Positions 29,740 through 39,080 of a stretch of DNA of 64,000 nt are shown in pieces. The stretch lies in the sequence record PZ583738.1, one strand, 5' to 3'. A model generated the notes under the pieces. The model worked only from the letters and a program-made list of their open reading frames with translations. It did not search any database and had not been told where the DNA came from. Origin of the DNA: a phage. Made by a program: the position numbers and the translations under genes. Within the stretch, counting starts at the first letter, position 1; each line of letters starts with the position of its first letter.

Positions 29740-29907
29740 ATGTCAGATAAGATTTGTGTTGTCTGTAAAACTCCAATCGATTCTGCATTGGTTGTGGATA
29801 CAGACCAAGGTCCGGTGCATCCGGGCGCCTGTTATAATTATGTTCAGAGTTTGCCAGTTACGGAAAATACAGAAGAGCAACTGAACGAGACCCAACTTTT
29901 AATTTAG
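29740..29907 (+). CDS. hypothetical 55-aa protein with CxxC motif (CVVCKTP ... HPGAC)
   Basis: GAGGAG RBS at good spacing; followed by hairpin/T-run terminator. Confidence 0.4.
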   Translation: MSDKICVVCKTPIDSALVVDTDQGPVHPGACYNYVQSLPVTENTEEQLNETQLLI

Positions 29908-29935
29908 CTAGTGTTGTTAACCATTTTTTGGTTTT

Positions 29936-29968
29936 GCCCCTTCCTTTTGGTTGGGGCCTTTTTATTTA
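29936..29968 (+). terminator. imperfect hairpin (GCCCC...GGGGC) plus T-run after ORF 29740
   Basis: Large loop; T5 follows. Confidence 0.45.
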
Positions 29969-30193
29969 GAAATCTTCGTCTTCGTCTTCGTCCATATCCT
30001 CAAGCTCGGCACGTTTACCGGCAAGAGCGTCACGAACACTGATATCATCGGAATCTTTCAGTTCAGCTTCTTTGCTGCGTTTCTTATAATAGCCTTCCAA
30101 CTCCTTCAGACCGTCCATGGTCTGACAGGAACCAATCTTAGACATAAAGCTTTCGATTGATGCTTCGTACATAATTTCTTCGAAGGATTTCAT
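29966..30193 (-). CDS. UvsW.1-like small acidic protein
   Basis: 75 aa with acidic C-terminal tail (DMDEDEDEDF); located downstream of uvsW as in T4, but separated from it by an HNH gene. Confidence 0.6.
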   Translation of the reverse strand: MKSFEEIMYEASIESFMSKIGSCQTMDGLKELEGYYKKRSKEAELKDSDDISVRDALAGKRAELEDMDEDEDEDF

Positions 30194-30978
30194 TATATTT
30201 CCACCTGTTTAATAAATTTATCGACCATTTTCCCATAGTGTACTTTAGGATATCCAGCTTCGACAGCGATTTTGGTAAATCCCGTTACTTTAGGTTTATT
30301 GTTATTTATCCAAAGTAAAAATAACTCGTCATATAATAGCCAATGCGGATATTTTTTGGCATGAGTCTCTTTCCAATTTTTGGAATGGTCTTCACTTCTA
30401 AAAGATTTTTTAACACCTTTATTTGCCTTTCCCGCCTTAGAACATGTCGCATAATCACCCGCCTTGACAGGAGTAAATCCTTTCATAGCTTTAGATTTTT
30501 TGTCACGCGTTTCCTGAGACTGTTTGGACCCGGTGTTTTTTGCCCAGGCCTTTTCCAAAGCTTTTAATTTCGCGGGAGTGAATCCGACTTTTCGCATGGC
30601 GTCAATATGTATTTGGAGACGTTCTGCGGACCATTCATATGAACCATGATTATTACCCATCAAAGCTTCACTAATTAAATGTGATGCCTTTTCTTTAAGC
30701 AGTGTAATGGTTCTTGAACTAACTTCTTTTAGGCGTCGACCGTTTGTCATACCAAATGCTGCGCGCCATAATTTACCACCTTGTGCTTTTGCTAAAATAA
30801 CATGAGCTAATATATGTTCACGAACTGTTAAAGCAACTAAATTATTAGGATGGTTGGAACCTCCAACCGACTTTGGTATAATATGATGTATTTCAATTCG
30901 ACAAGGAGCAGAGGTCTTTGTCCAACCCCTTGTCCTTGCATTTGAAATTAAATCATCGTAAATTTTTTGATAATTCAT
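30193..30978 (-). CDS. freestanding HNH homing endonuclease (paralog of the mobE-like gene at 4349)
   Basis: HNH motif (IHHIIPKSVGGSNHPNNLVALTVREHILAH); N-terminus MNYQKIYDDLI parallels MNYKKIYDSLI of the 4349 ORF; NUMOD3-like SQETRDKKSKAMKG; overlap-coupled between uvsW and uvsW.1. Confidence 0.85.
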   Translation of the reverse strand: MNYQKIYDDLISNARTRGWTKTSAPCRIEIHHIIPKSVGGSNHPNNLVALTVREHILAHVILAKAQGGKLWRAAFGMTNGRRLKEVSSRTITLLKEKASHLISEALMGNNHGSYEWSAERLQIHIDAMRKVGFTPAKLKALEKAWAKNTGSKQSQETRDKKSKAMKGFTPVKAGDYATCSKAGKANKGVKKSFRSEDHSKNWKETHAKKYPHWLLYDELFLLWINNNKPKVTGFTKIAVEAGYPKVHYGKMVDKFIKQVEI

Positions 30979-32474
30979 AGTTCCACATGTTTCACTACAT
31001 AGTTAAAACGTTCATCAGCATATCGTTGAATACGTTCAAGGCCGTGTTTAAGAAGATAGTTCAAATGAACATATTTCTTTTTAGCGTTTGCTGATTTAGG
31101 ACGGACCCCCATGTCGTCAACGATATCCCAAACATTTGCTTGCGATTTGGATGCGTGTTTTCGAAGTACACGACCGATTGTTTGAAGGACAATTACCTTT
31201 GATTTTACACCGTGAGCGAAAATAATATGATGGAGGTTTTTAACGGAAATCCCCGTTGAGAATACACCATATGAAGCTACAACAATAATTCCCTTTCCAT
31301 TCTCTGCCATGACCTTCAGAGCATTACGGGTTTCGGTATCAACTTCACCAGAAACATAATACACTTTCTCATGACCAGCTTCCTTAAGCATTTCAAACAT
31401 CGATTTACCGTGCTCGATATTCTTAAACATCAAAAAGACGTTTTCATCTTTTTTAGAAAGCTTGAGTGCAAGATTTGTTACCCATTTATTTCGGCGTGTA
31501 GCTTTTGTAATTACCTTGATTTCATCCTGATAAGTTTTACCTTTCATTTTAACGGTGAATTCATCAGGGTATCGAAGGAAAATACTATTTATTTTAAGGT
31601 CAGTAACCTGGCCATCTTCCATCAATTTGGATGTTGATACTGGTTTAAAGATATCACCAAACAGACCCATATATTGCATAAGGTTGGCTTTGCCATCACG
31701 GAGTGAACCTGACAGACCAAATTTAAACATGCAATTCGTAAGGCCTTCGATAACCGTCGAAATCGATTTACCGGTCGCCATATGACATTCGTCATTCATA
31801 AACTGACCGAACTGTTCAAACCATTCTTTATGTTGTTTTACAGCCGTCTGATAAGTCGATACATAAATCATCGCATCAGAATCACGTTTAGTCCCGGAAC
31901 GAATACCCAGACAAGCTGCACGAGGGAAAAGCCGATAATCAACAAAGTCATTAATCATCTGGTCAACAAGGGCAGTTGTAGGAACAAGGATAAGCACCTT
32001 GCCTTCATAGTTCTCGAGATAATATCGCGCCAGAAGCGCCTGGATGAGGCTTTTACCTGCAGACGTAGGTAAGTTCAGAATCTTTCTTCTGTTGACCAGA
32101 CCATCATATACGGCGTCAGATTGATACCAATGGGGCGTTATCTTGGTATTGCCTGAATAGATTTCTTTTGACTCGACCCATTTGTCGAATTCTTCGCGAG
32201 AGATTTCTTCTTTCTCGGTGATTTGTGGGTCAATCCAGAATGAATAACCAAACTGGTCAGCGAACTTTTTAATTTGATTAACCAAACCGTATGGTAATTT
32301 ACGATTGTAATCCAGGAGGCGGATTCGTCCGTCCCAAACTCCCTGCTTGAACTTTGGATTGAAGCGATAGTTTTCAGCTTCGAAGCTGAAGTAATCACGG
32401 AGTTCGTAGAAGATTCCATCTTCGCATTCAACATGCACGTGACTAAAATTTAGAAAGTTGATTTTAATATCCAT
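30975..32474 (-). CDS. uvsW: UvsW ATP-dependent DNA/RNA helicase
   Basis: Start set at MDIKINF to match the T4 UvsW N-terminus; SF2 helicase motifs (LPTSAGKS, DECH); TATAAATA late promoter ~30 nt upstream. Confidence 0.95.
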   Translation of the reverse strand: MDIKINFLNFSHVHVECEDGIFYELRDYFSFEAENYRFNPKFKQGVWDGRIRLLDYNRKLPYGLVNQIKKFADQFGYSFWIDPQITEKEEISREEFDKWVESKEIYSGNTKITPHWYQSDAVYDGLVNRRKILNLPTSAGKSLIQALLARYYLENYEGKVLILVPTTALVDQMINDFVDYRLFPRAACLGIRSGTKRDSDAMIYVSTYQTAVKQHKEWFEQFGQFMNDECHMATGKSISTVIEGLTNCMFKFGLSGSLRDGKANLMQYMGLFGDIFKPVSTSKLMEDGQVTDLKINSIFLRYPDEFTVKMKGKTYQDEIKVITKATRRNKWVTNLALKLSKKDENVFLMFKNIEHGKSMFEMLKEAGHEKVYYVSGEVDTETRNALKVMAENGKGIIVVASYGVFSTGISVKNLHHIIFAHGVKSKVIVLQTIGRVLRKHASKSQANVWDIVDDMGVRPKSANAKKKYVHLNYLLKHGLERIQRYADERFNYVVKHVEL

Positions 32475-32502
32475 GATGATTCCAAGGTAATAAATATATC
32501 TA

Positions 32503-32510
32503 TATTTATA
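32503..32510 (-). promoter_or_regulatory. late promoter TATAAATA for uvsW
   Basis: Exact octamer on minus strand ~30 nt upstream of uvsW ATG. Confidence 0.65.
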
Positions 32511-32528
32511 CACTAACCGAGGTTCATC

Positions 32529-33194
32529 ATGATTGACAAGAACTACATTGAGGAAATTCGTGTCCTCGAGAAAAAAGAAGCCAAAGAAAAATTAGCCGAA
32601 TATGCAGCATCACTTGGTGTTGATGTTAAGAAAACAAAAACCTTTGATAATATGTTGGCTGACCTGGAAGCAGGACTTAAAGCATTTGCTGACATGCCTA
32701 TGCCTGATGATAATGAAGGCCTGAGCATCACTGACCTTATCGATGCCGATGATGAATTGTCAGGTGCTAAATTTGATGGCGATGAGTCAGCTAAAGAAGA
32801 AGCTAAACTCTTATTTGATGCTCCAACCGAAGCAAAGGTTGAAGTTGTTGAAATCGAAGAACCAGTTGTTGTGGTTGAAGAAGATGTTCCTTTTGTCGAA
32901 GAAAAGTTCGAAGCTGCTGTTGCTAAGGTTATCGAATCTGAAAAACCTGTATTTGCTCTGCCAAAAAACTTTAGTCCAAATCTTATGCTTATTGGTAAGA
33001 ACCCTGGATTCTGTACTGTTCCATGGTGGATTTATCAGTGGATTGCCGAGACTCCAGATTGGAAAGAACGTCCAACTGCTTTCCCACATCCCACCGCACA
33101 CCAAACTCTATTCAGTTTGATTTATTACATCAATCGTAATGGGTCTGTTCTAGTACGAGAAACTCGTAACTCATCTTTTGTCACTTTAAAATAA
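32529..33194 (+). CDS. Inh-like protein (inhibitor of prohead protease), by position
   Basis: 221-aa acidic protein between uvsW and hoc, the position of T4 inh; sequence identity not verified. Confidence 0.45.
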   Translation: MIDKNYIEEIRVLEKKEAKEKLAEYAASLGVDVKKTKTFDNMLADLEAGLKAFADMPMPDDNEGLSITDLIDADDELSGAKFDGDESAKEEAKLLFDAPTEAKVEVVEIEEPVVVVEEDVPFVEEKFEAAVAKVIESEKPVFALPKNFSPNLMLIGKNPGFCTVPWWIYQWIAETPDWKERPTAFPHPTAHQTLFSLIYYINRNGSVLVRETRNSSFVTLK

Positions 33195-33203
33195 GGGTTT
33201 ATT

Positions 33204-34052
33204 ATGGCTTATACCGTAACTATTGCTCCTTTGGCGGCTACGGCCGTTATTGGAGCAACAACCAATTTCACTGCGACCGGTTCCGGTGCTGCAGCTGAAG
33301 GTACCGAATCATTTGTCTGGACCGTTGATGGCGTTCCTCAATCTTCTGTGACTGCTGCAATGGATTATGTTGCTGTTGGTCCAGCAGGCAGTAAGACTAT
33401 TAAAGTTGTTGCAACAACTACACCAGCGGACGGCGAACCAGAAACAGCTGAAGCCGAAACAACTTTAACTATCCAGAATAAAACAATGTCTGGTGTTTCT
33501 GTGACATTAACCCCAGAATCAATTAATGTTCCGGAAGACACCCTAGCTTCATTTAAAGCAGATGTAGTTGGCGCACCGAGTGGAGCTACTTTTGCCTATT
33601 CATGGAAGAAAGACGGTTCTCCTGTAGTTGGCACCACGGATACTCTAGCAATCGATACAAGCACCGAAGGTTCCCAGGTAATTGAAGTTTCTGTTGTTGT
33701 ATCTGCGACTGATTATAACCCTGTAACCGTTACAAAAACTGGTAATGTAACAGTCACGGCTAAAGTAGCTCCTGAACCAGAGGGCGAACTACCTTACGTT
33801 CATCCGCTGCCAGTTCGTAATTCAGCTTATATCTGGTGTGGTTGGTGGGTTATGGACGAAATTCAGAAAATGACTCTTGCTGGGCAAGACTGGAAAACTG
33901 ATGCTCCAGATAGCCCGTATTATTTGCACCGATATACACTTCAAAAAATGATTACCGACTATCCAGAGGTTGATGTACAGGAATCTCGTAATGGTCGAAT
34001 TATTCATCGCACCGCTTTAGAAGCTGGTATTATATACGATTACGTTTATTAA
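33204..34052 (+). CDS. hoc: Hoc outer capsid decoration protein (two Ig-like domains plus capsid-binding C-terminus)
   Basis: C-terminal ~110 aa (TATDYNPVTVTKTGNVTVTAKVAPEPEGELPYVHPLP...WCGWWVMDEIQKMT...YYLHRYTLQKM) matches T4 Hoc; Thr/Val-rich Ig-like repeats upstream. Confidence 0.88.
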   Translation: MAYTVTIAPLAATAVIGATTNFTATGSGAAAEGTESFVWTVDGVPQSSVTAAMDYVAVGPAGSKTIKVVATTTPADGEPETAEAETTLTIQNKTMSGVSVTLTPESINVPEDTLASFKADVVGAPSGATFAYSWKKDGSPVVGTTDTLAIDTSTEGSQVIEVSVVVSATDYNPVTVTKTGNVTVTAKVAPEPEGELPYVHPLPVRNSAYIWCGWWVMDEIQKMTLAGQDWKTDAPDSPYYLHRYTLQKMITDYPEVDVQESRNGRIIHRTALEAGIIYDYVY

Positions 34053-34059
34053 TTAAAAA

Positions 34060-34084
34060 GGGACCTTCGGGTCCCTTTGTTTTT
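34060..34084 (+). terminator. intrinsic terminator GGGACC-TTCG-GGTCCC-TTTGTTTTT after hoc
   Basis: Same stem sequence as 21599. Confidence 0.8.
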
Positions 34085-34121
34085 ATGGTACTGTACAAAC
34101 GTCGCCTGGCATAAAAACCCT

Positions 34122-34151
34122 GTTTACAAGTTAAAAATTCCATGTTAAGAT
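34122..34151 (+). promoter_or_regulatory. early promoter (GTTTAC -35, 18-nt spacer, TAAGAT -10)
   Basis: Upstream of ORF 34169. Confidence 0.45.
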
Positions 34152-34168
34152 AGCTTCACTAACTCAAC

Positions 34169-34372
34169 ATGAGAATCATTATGGATAAGGTTAAAGTACA
34201 TTTTCTGCATGAATCTGGCATGACATTTATTGAAATTGCCAAGGTATTAGGCGGGACTGCTAAAGAGATGGCAAAGGCCTGGGTTGATGTAGAACAGGCC
34301 AAAGCTAAATTTAAAGCAAAAGAAAAGATTGTTTATCGTAAACGTTTGAATAACAAAAAGGTGAAGAAATGA
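34169..34372 (+). CDS. hypothetical protein (24.3 position)
   Basis: 67-aa basic ORF downstream of early promoter; start could be second ATG (34181). Confidence 0.45.
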   Translation: MRIIMDKVKVHFLHESGMTFIEIAKVLGGTAKEMAKAWVDVEQAKAKFKAKEKIVYRKRLNNKKVKK

Positions 34373-34632
34373 CATTCGCAGAAGAACTACGTCAAATCGC
34401 AAAAGAATCCCAAGATAAAGTTGCAAATGACTTTATTGCTATATTTCGCAAAGTGGCTATTGCCGCCGCCGAGAATGGCAAAGATGCTGTTAATATGGCA
34501 GTTTCTGAAAAAGAGTATGAAGAAGGAAACCGCGCGAAGATATCTGATTTTCTGCGAGCAGAAAAATTTACATCATTTACCTGGAATTATGATTGGCAAG
34601 AAGCCAAGCCAATGCTGTATGTAAAATTCTGA
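34369..34632 (+). CDS. hypothetical protein (24.2 position)
   Basis: 87-aa ORF overlapping upstream stop. Confidence 0.5.
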   Translation: MTFAEELRQIAKESQDKVANDFIAIFRKVAIAAAENGKDAVNMAVSEKEYEEGNRAKISDFLRAEKFTSFTWNYDWQEAKPMLYVKF

Positions 34633-34639
34633 CCCTTTT

Positions 34640-34665
34640 TGCTTCAAATAAAATTGTGGTATAAT
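34640..34665 (+). promoter_or_regulatory. middle promoter (MotA box TGCTTCA, 13-nt spacer, TATAAT) with GGTTCTAGACC extension; second TATAATGGGTCTA copy at ~34713
   Basis: Upstream of rnlB. Confidence 0.55.
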
Positions 34666-34763
34666 GGTTCTAGACCCCTTTGTGACTATTAATTCCTTTC
34701 AGAGAAAGAAAGTATAATGGGTCTAATTTATAATGATATTTATAACATCAAAAGTGAGAGATT

Positions 34764-35771
34764 ATGTTTAAGAAATACAACAGCCTTGAAAATCACTATA
34801 ACAACAAGTTCATTGAAAAGATTCGCCTGCAAGGCTTCACCAGCGGTGAATGGGTAGCTCGCGAGAAGATTCATGGTACCAACTTTTCATTAATCATTGA
34901 ACAAGACAATGTGACATGTGCGAAACGCACTGGACCTATCCTGCCTGCAGAAGATTTCTATGGTTATGAAATTGTATTAAAGAATTATGCTGATTCTATT
35001 AAATCTGTGCAGAAACTTTTGCAGGATATTAATTACCAGGCATACCAGATTTATGGTGAGTTTGCCGGGGCAGGTATCCAGAAGAATGTGGATTACGGTG
35101 ATAAAGATTTTTATGTATTTGATATCCGCGTTACTAAAGAAGATGGTTTTGAATCCGTCCTGACTGACACCTTGATGGAAGCATTCTGTATTATCCATAA
35201 GTTTAAGGTTGCACCGCGCCTGGCTACAGGTAGTTTTGAAGAATTAATTAAGCTCCCTAATGACCTGGATTCTGTTGTCCCTGATTACAATTTTACAGTG
35301 GATAACGCAGGTTTGACTACAGCAAATACCACTGATTTTGATGCAAAGGCGGAAGGTAAAGTATTCACTGCTGAAGGATTTGTATTAAAACCTGATGTTC
35401 CTGCATGGTTACCTAACGGCGAGCGTGTAGCGATTAAATGTAAGAACTCTAAATTCAGTGAAAAGAAAAAGTCTGATAAGCCTATTAAGGCTGCAGTGGT
35501 TCTGAGCCAAAATGATATGGATTTACTGTGGAATTTCACTGATTATGTGACTGTTAACCGTATCAACAATGTTATCAGTAAAATTGGGGAAGTAACACCG
35601 AAGGATTTTGGAAAGGTAATGGGGTTAACAGTCCAAGATATTCTGGAAGAAGCGGGGCGCGAAGGTCTTGAATTATCCCTGACGGAAAATCCTGTTGAAG
35701 TTAAAAAGCAACTCATCACAAATGTAAGAGAAACATTAAGACATGTTTGGATTGCATTAGTTAGTGAATAA
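34764..35771 (+). CDS. rnlB: RNA ligase 2
   Basis: 335 aa; nucleotidyltransferase motif (KIHGTNFS) and near-colinear identity to T4 Rnl2 ([13 protein letters not shown]...). Confidence 0.95.
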   Translation: MFKKYNSLENHYNNKFIEKIRLQGFTSGEWVAREKIHGTNFSLIIEQDNVTCAKRTGPILPAEDFYGYEIVLKNYADSIKSVQKLLQDINYQAYQIYGEFAGAGIQKNVDYGDKDFYVFDIRVTKEDGFESVLTDTLMEAFCIIHKFKVAPRLATGSFEELIKLPNDLDSVVPDYNFTVDNAGLTTANTTDFDAKAEGKVFTAEGFVLKPDVPAWLPNGERVAIKCKNSKFSEKKKSDKPIKAAVVLSQNDMDLLWNFTDYVTVNRINNVISKIGEVTPKDFGKVMGLTVQDILEEAGREGLELSLTENPVEVKKQLITNVRETLRHVWIALVSE

Positions 35772-35778
35772 AAATAAA

Positions 35779-35799
35779 GGGACCCGAAGGTCCCTTTTT
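35779..35799. terminator. bidirectional terminator GGGACC-CGAA-GGTCCC between rnlB and gene 24
   Basis: A-run upstream, T5 downstream. Confidence 0.8.
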
Positions 35800-37078
35800 A
35801 ATTTATTTCAGTCAGAACTTTAGGAAGTTTCACACCAAGCAGTACAGACATATCTGAACGTCCTGCCATCAAATCCATATTTGTTGCATCAATAATACGA
35901 GCTTGTTTATCATCAGCAGTCACTGTATAAGGGTTAGCTGCTAACGCATAACGAACCATTAATGCAATAGACGGCTGCAAACTTTCTGGGTCAACGACAA
36001 CTTTGAACGAACCAACATGTTCAGGGTCTTCCAGGTCAAGACCTTCGGTATAAGGTGCATAAAACAGTGAACCCACCATCTCTTTCCCACCGAAATCTTC
36101 TTTAACACCAACAGTCACATAATCAAATGGAGTGTTCGTATCACAATAAAGCGGTAGACCATTATCCAAGAAACCATACGCATTATCGGAGAGATATTTC
36201 TCATCTTGTGGACGATGCTTCAACCAACCGGAACCAGCCAAAACTGCAGCTACACGCGTAGAAGCAACAACGTATGTTGCGGTGTAAGAAGTTGCCCGCT
36301 GAATATGGGAGACCATCTCACACATGATTTCGTACAACTTGCGTGAAGCTTCCGGAGAGTTAGTATAAGACAGGTCAATCAGGCCATCATCACAGAGCCC
36401 AGCAACTTTATAACGCTTGGAAACTGTTACCAGGGATTGCAGGATATCTTTGTTAATTTCATCAGCCATTTCGGTAGCTAACAGGTCTTCCAGGAAGTTT
36501 GGAGCGTCAAAACCGTTTGCTTCCAGGTCCTGGGCCAGTTCCACTGTAACAGTGCTTTTCAGCTTACGAGATTTAACCGGAGCATTCCATTTGTTAACCA
36601 AAAATTTAGCTTCGGCAATTTCGACTTCCTGTGGTCCTTCAAAACGTTCGGTGATTGCAGCTTCGGACATAATACGGATGGTCAATTTAACCATCGCTTC
36701 TTGAAGCTGGTCATACTCATCGCCCGTTGCTCCAGCAAATGGAGTTGCTACCAGCGCTTTATAAACTACATTTTCAAACTGGAACAAATCGTCTTTAGCA
36801 TAAACTGCGCCAGCAACAAAAACCGGAATGGTCGCACGGTCTTTTGCTGATACTGCACCAGAATAGGTTGCACCAGTCTGGAAAGATAATTCATCTTGCT
36901 GAGTCAGGTATTTAAGACCGTATAATGCCGCCAGTGGCTGGGATGTGCGCTGTTGTGCTACTAAATCGGTGTAAATCAGTTTAGTCGTAGCTCTGGTTAA
37001 AGCTACTAGATTCGGTCGACCAATCGAAGAACTTGTGGTCGTGGTCGACTCTTTTAAGAGTTCGTTAATTTTAGCCAT
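35798..37078 (-). CDS. 24: head vertex protein gp24
   Basis: 426 aa with gp23-like fold signature; position; TATAAATA ~26 nt upstream. Confidence 0.95.
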   Translation of the reverse strand: MAKINELLKESTTTTSSSIGRPNLVALTRATTKLIYTDLVAQQRTSQPLAALYGLKYLTQQDELSFQTGATYSGAVSAKDRATIPVFVAGAVYAKDDLFQFENVVYKALVATPFAGATGDEYDQLQEAMVKLTIRIMSEAAITERFEGPQEVEIAEAKFLVNKWNAPVKSRKLKSTVTVELAQDLEANGFDAPNFLEDLLATEMADEINKDILQSLVTVSKRYKVAGLCDDGLIDLSYTNSPEASRKLYEIMCEMVSHIQRATSYTATYVVASTRVAAVLAGSGWLKHRPQDEKYLSDNAYGFLDNGLPLYCDTNTPFDYVTVGVKEDFGGKEMVGSLFYAPYTEGLDLEDPEHVGSFKVVVDPESLQPSIALMVRYALAANPYTVTADDKQARIIDATNMDLMAGRSDMSVLLGVKLPKVLTEIN

Positions 37079-37103
37079 TGCTATTTCCTTTTGTGATATA
37101 CTT

Positions 37104-37111
37104 TATTTATA
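37104..37111 (-). promoter_or_regulatory. late promoter TATAAATA for gene 24
   Basis: Exact octamer on minus strand ~26 nt upstream of gene 24 ATG. Confidence 0.7.
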
Positions 37112-37117
37112 AAAGTT

Positions 37118-37147
37118 GTTTACAACCAGATTAAGATAAGACATAAT
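37118..37147 (+). promoter_or_regulatory. early promoter (GTTTAC -35, 18-nt spacer, CATAAT -10)
   Basis: Adjacent and divergent to the gene 24 late promoter; upstream of ORF 37189. Confidence 0.6.
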
Positions 37148-37188
37148 GATTCCATACTGAGTTAACAAACAAAACCTGGAGTTTAAAA

Positions 37189-37470
37189 ATGAACAAAGCA
37201 ACTTTCCTTCTGAACACCTTTAAAAATCTGGAAATTGAAGTTATTGCCTTGGTCAACAAATACCCAAATGGTGTTAATGGTAATGCTCTGAACAAACTAG
37301 TTAAAAAATATGAAAACTTAGCATATGACACTGATTTCTGGTGGAATGGTAATTATTCTACTCACACTAAAGATAAAAATGGTAACTGGTTGAAACTTCA
37401 AGAAAACAATGTTAACTTCAGAGACCTCATCAAGCGCCGGGTAGAAGTTCATTTAAATGGTATGGTATGA
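37189..37470 (+). CDS. hypothetical protein (early cassette between genes 24 and 23)
   Basis: 93-aa ORF with own early promoter and bidirectional terminator, opposite in orientation to the flanking late genes. Confidence 0.55.
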   Translation: MNKATFLLNTFKNLEIEVIALVNKYPNGVNGNALNKLVKKYENLAYDTDFWWNGNYSTHTKDKNGNWLKLQENNVNFRDLIKRRVEVHLNGMV

Positions 37471-37480
37471 AAACAAGAAA

Positions 37481-37502
37481 GGGACCTCAAGGGTCCCTTT
37501 TT
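37481..37502. terminator. bidirectional terminator GGGACC-TCAAG-GGTCCC between ORF 37189 and gene 23
   Basis: T5 downstream; A-rich upstream. Confidence 0.75.
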
Positions 37503-37520
37503 ATTTAACTTAATCTAGGA

Positions 37521-39080
37521 TTAAATTCCTTTAACATATACGCGGCGGAAGTAACCGTTCAAGCCAAGGCTGTTAACGATGTCCGGCATGCCGTTCTGAA
37601 TGCGCTTGGTCGGAGCCTGAGCAGCAGGGTCAGCAAACGGGTTGATACCGATACCGTAACGGGTTTTGAAGCCCATAACCGGCTGGAAGTTTTTCGGGTC
37701 AGAACCACGCAGCGGGGTCAGTGCAACATATGGTGCGTAGTAGATACCAGCATCCATTTCGTTAGCGCCTTTGTAACCGATGGTGAAGTAATCTGCACGA
37801 GCATACTGGTCGATATAGACACGGTATTTGCCACCCAGAACACCAGCGAACACAGCTTTAGTGGTGTCAACGTTGAAACCTTTACCCAGACCCTGAGCAG
37901 CATAACTAACAGAAGTATCAACAGCAGCCAGCACGTTAACTACGTTACGGGAAGCGATGATGAAGTTACCTGCACCACGACCGGTCTGACGAGCGATTTC
38001 AGCGGCTTCTTTATCAATCTGGAACAGTAAAGCTTTGAAGCTTTCACCAGCCCAACGAGCACCACGGATATCAATTGGGTCCTGGAAGTCAAACACACCA
38101 GCTTTAGCGCCAACGGTGTTGGTCATACCAGATTTACCAACCTGTGCGGAGTAGTTAATCCAATCGATAACTTCGCGGTTGATTTCCAGCATAATTTCGG
38201 TAGCCAGAATACCACTCAATTCGGCATCAGCATCCATACCGTGAACAGCGCGGAGGTCCTGTGCCAGTTCGATGGAGTAGCTTGCTTTCAGCTGACGGGA
38301 TTTAGCTTCGATAACTTGTTTGTCGATGCGGAAGCCCATTTCGTTCCACGGGTTATCAGAGGAACCGTTAAAACCTTCTTGCAGTTCGGCGATGGAGGTA
38401 GCCATACCTTCAGCCAGTTCAGCCAGCTGACCAGCTTCCAACAGAGCGGTTACAGCGGCATCCAGTTTAGCAGCATCAGTAGCAGCAGCATCAACAGTTA
38501 CAGCTTCAACAGCCTGGAAGTGTGCGGAACCTGTTGCTTCAAAGAAGTGAGAATAAATTTTACCAACTTCCAGAACTTTGCTTGCAGCCAGTGCTTCAAA
38601 AGTCTTAGCAGCGCCCTGACCAGAGAACATAGCGTTCGGAGCATACATCGGATGGAAAGCTTCTTTAGCACCAGCAGCGACAGGGTCTTTACCGTAAACT
38701 GCACGCAGGGCAAATACCTGGCCAGTCGGGTTGTTCAGAGGCTGTACGCCGCAAATATCAAACGCAATCAGATGCGGGATAGCACGACGAACCATACCCA
38801 TAACTGCCGGCCCAATCTGAGTTACTGCACCAGAGGTCTGGCCGGCAGCAATATTGGTAGCATCATAACCATGGTCACCACCGATTTCAGCTTCGGTCAG
38901 GAAAGAACCAAATGCTTCAGAGATTTTTTCGTCACGGTATTCAGGAGCGGTCAGAATATCTTGTTCCTGGTTTTCAAAGATTTTAGCGATGATAGCTTGT
39001 TTAGAAGCACCAACGATTTCAGGAAGAGCTTCGTTTTCCAGCAGAGCGGACCATTTTTGAACTAATGCATTCTTTTTCAT
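37521..39080 (-). CDS. 23: major capsid protein gp23
   Basis: 519 aa; long identical blocks with T4 gp23 (QAIIAKIFENQE, FGSFLTEAEIGGDHGY, ILATEIMLEINREV, GMTNTVGAKAGVFDFQDPIDIRGARWAGESFKALLFQIDKEA). Confidence 0.98.
   Translation of the reverse strand: MKKNALVQKWSALLENEALPEIVGASKQAIIAKIFENQEQDILTAPEYRDEKISEAFGSFLTEAEIGGDHGYDATNIAAGQTSGAVTQIGPAVMGMVRRAIPHLIAFDICGVQPLNNPTGQVFALRAVYGKDPVAAGAKEAFHPMYAPNAMFSGQGAAKTFEALAASKVLEVGKIYSHFFEATGSAHFQAVEAVTVDAAATDAAKLDAAVTALLEAGQLAELAEGMATSIAELQEGFNGSSDNPWNEMGFRIDKQVIEAKSRQLKASYSIELAQDLRAVHGMDADAELSGILATEIMLEINREVIDWINYSAQVGKSGMTNTVGAKAGVFDFQDPIDIRGARWAGESFKALLFQIDKEAAEIARQTGRGAGNFIIASRNVVNVLAAVDTSVSYAAQGLGKGFNVDTTKAVFAGVLGGKYRVYIDQYARADYFTIGYKGANEMDAGIYYAPYVALTPLRGSDPKNFQPVMGFKTRYGIGINPFADPAAQAPTKRIQNGMPDIVNSLGLNGYFRRVYVKGI

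Noticed and set aside
32743-33120. 125-aa plus-strand ORF
   Set aside because: Alternative frame inside the inh-like ORF; Leu/Lys-rich repetitive translation from an A/G-rich acidic-protein coding region.
38241-39065. 274-aa plus-strand ORF
   Set aside because: Lies entirely antisense within the major capsid gene 23, which has unambiguous homology; Ser/Phe/Cys-rich low-complexity translation typical of a spurious antisense frame.
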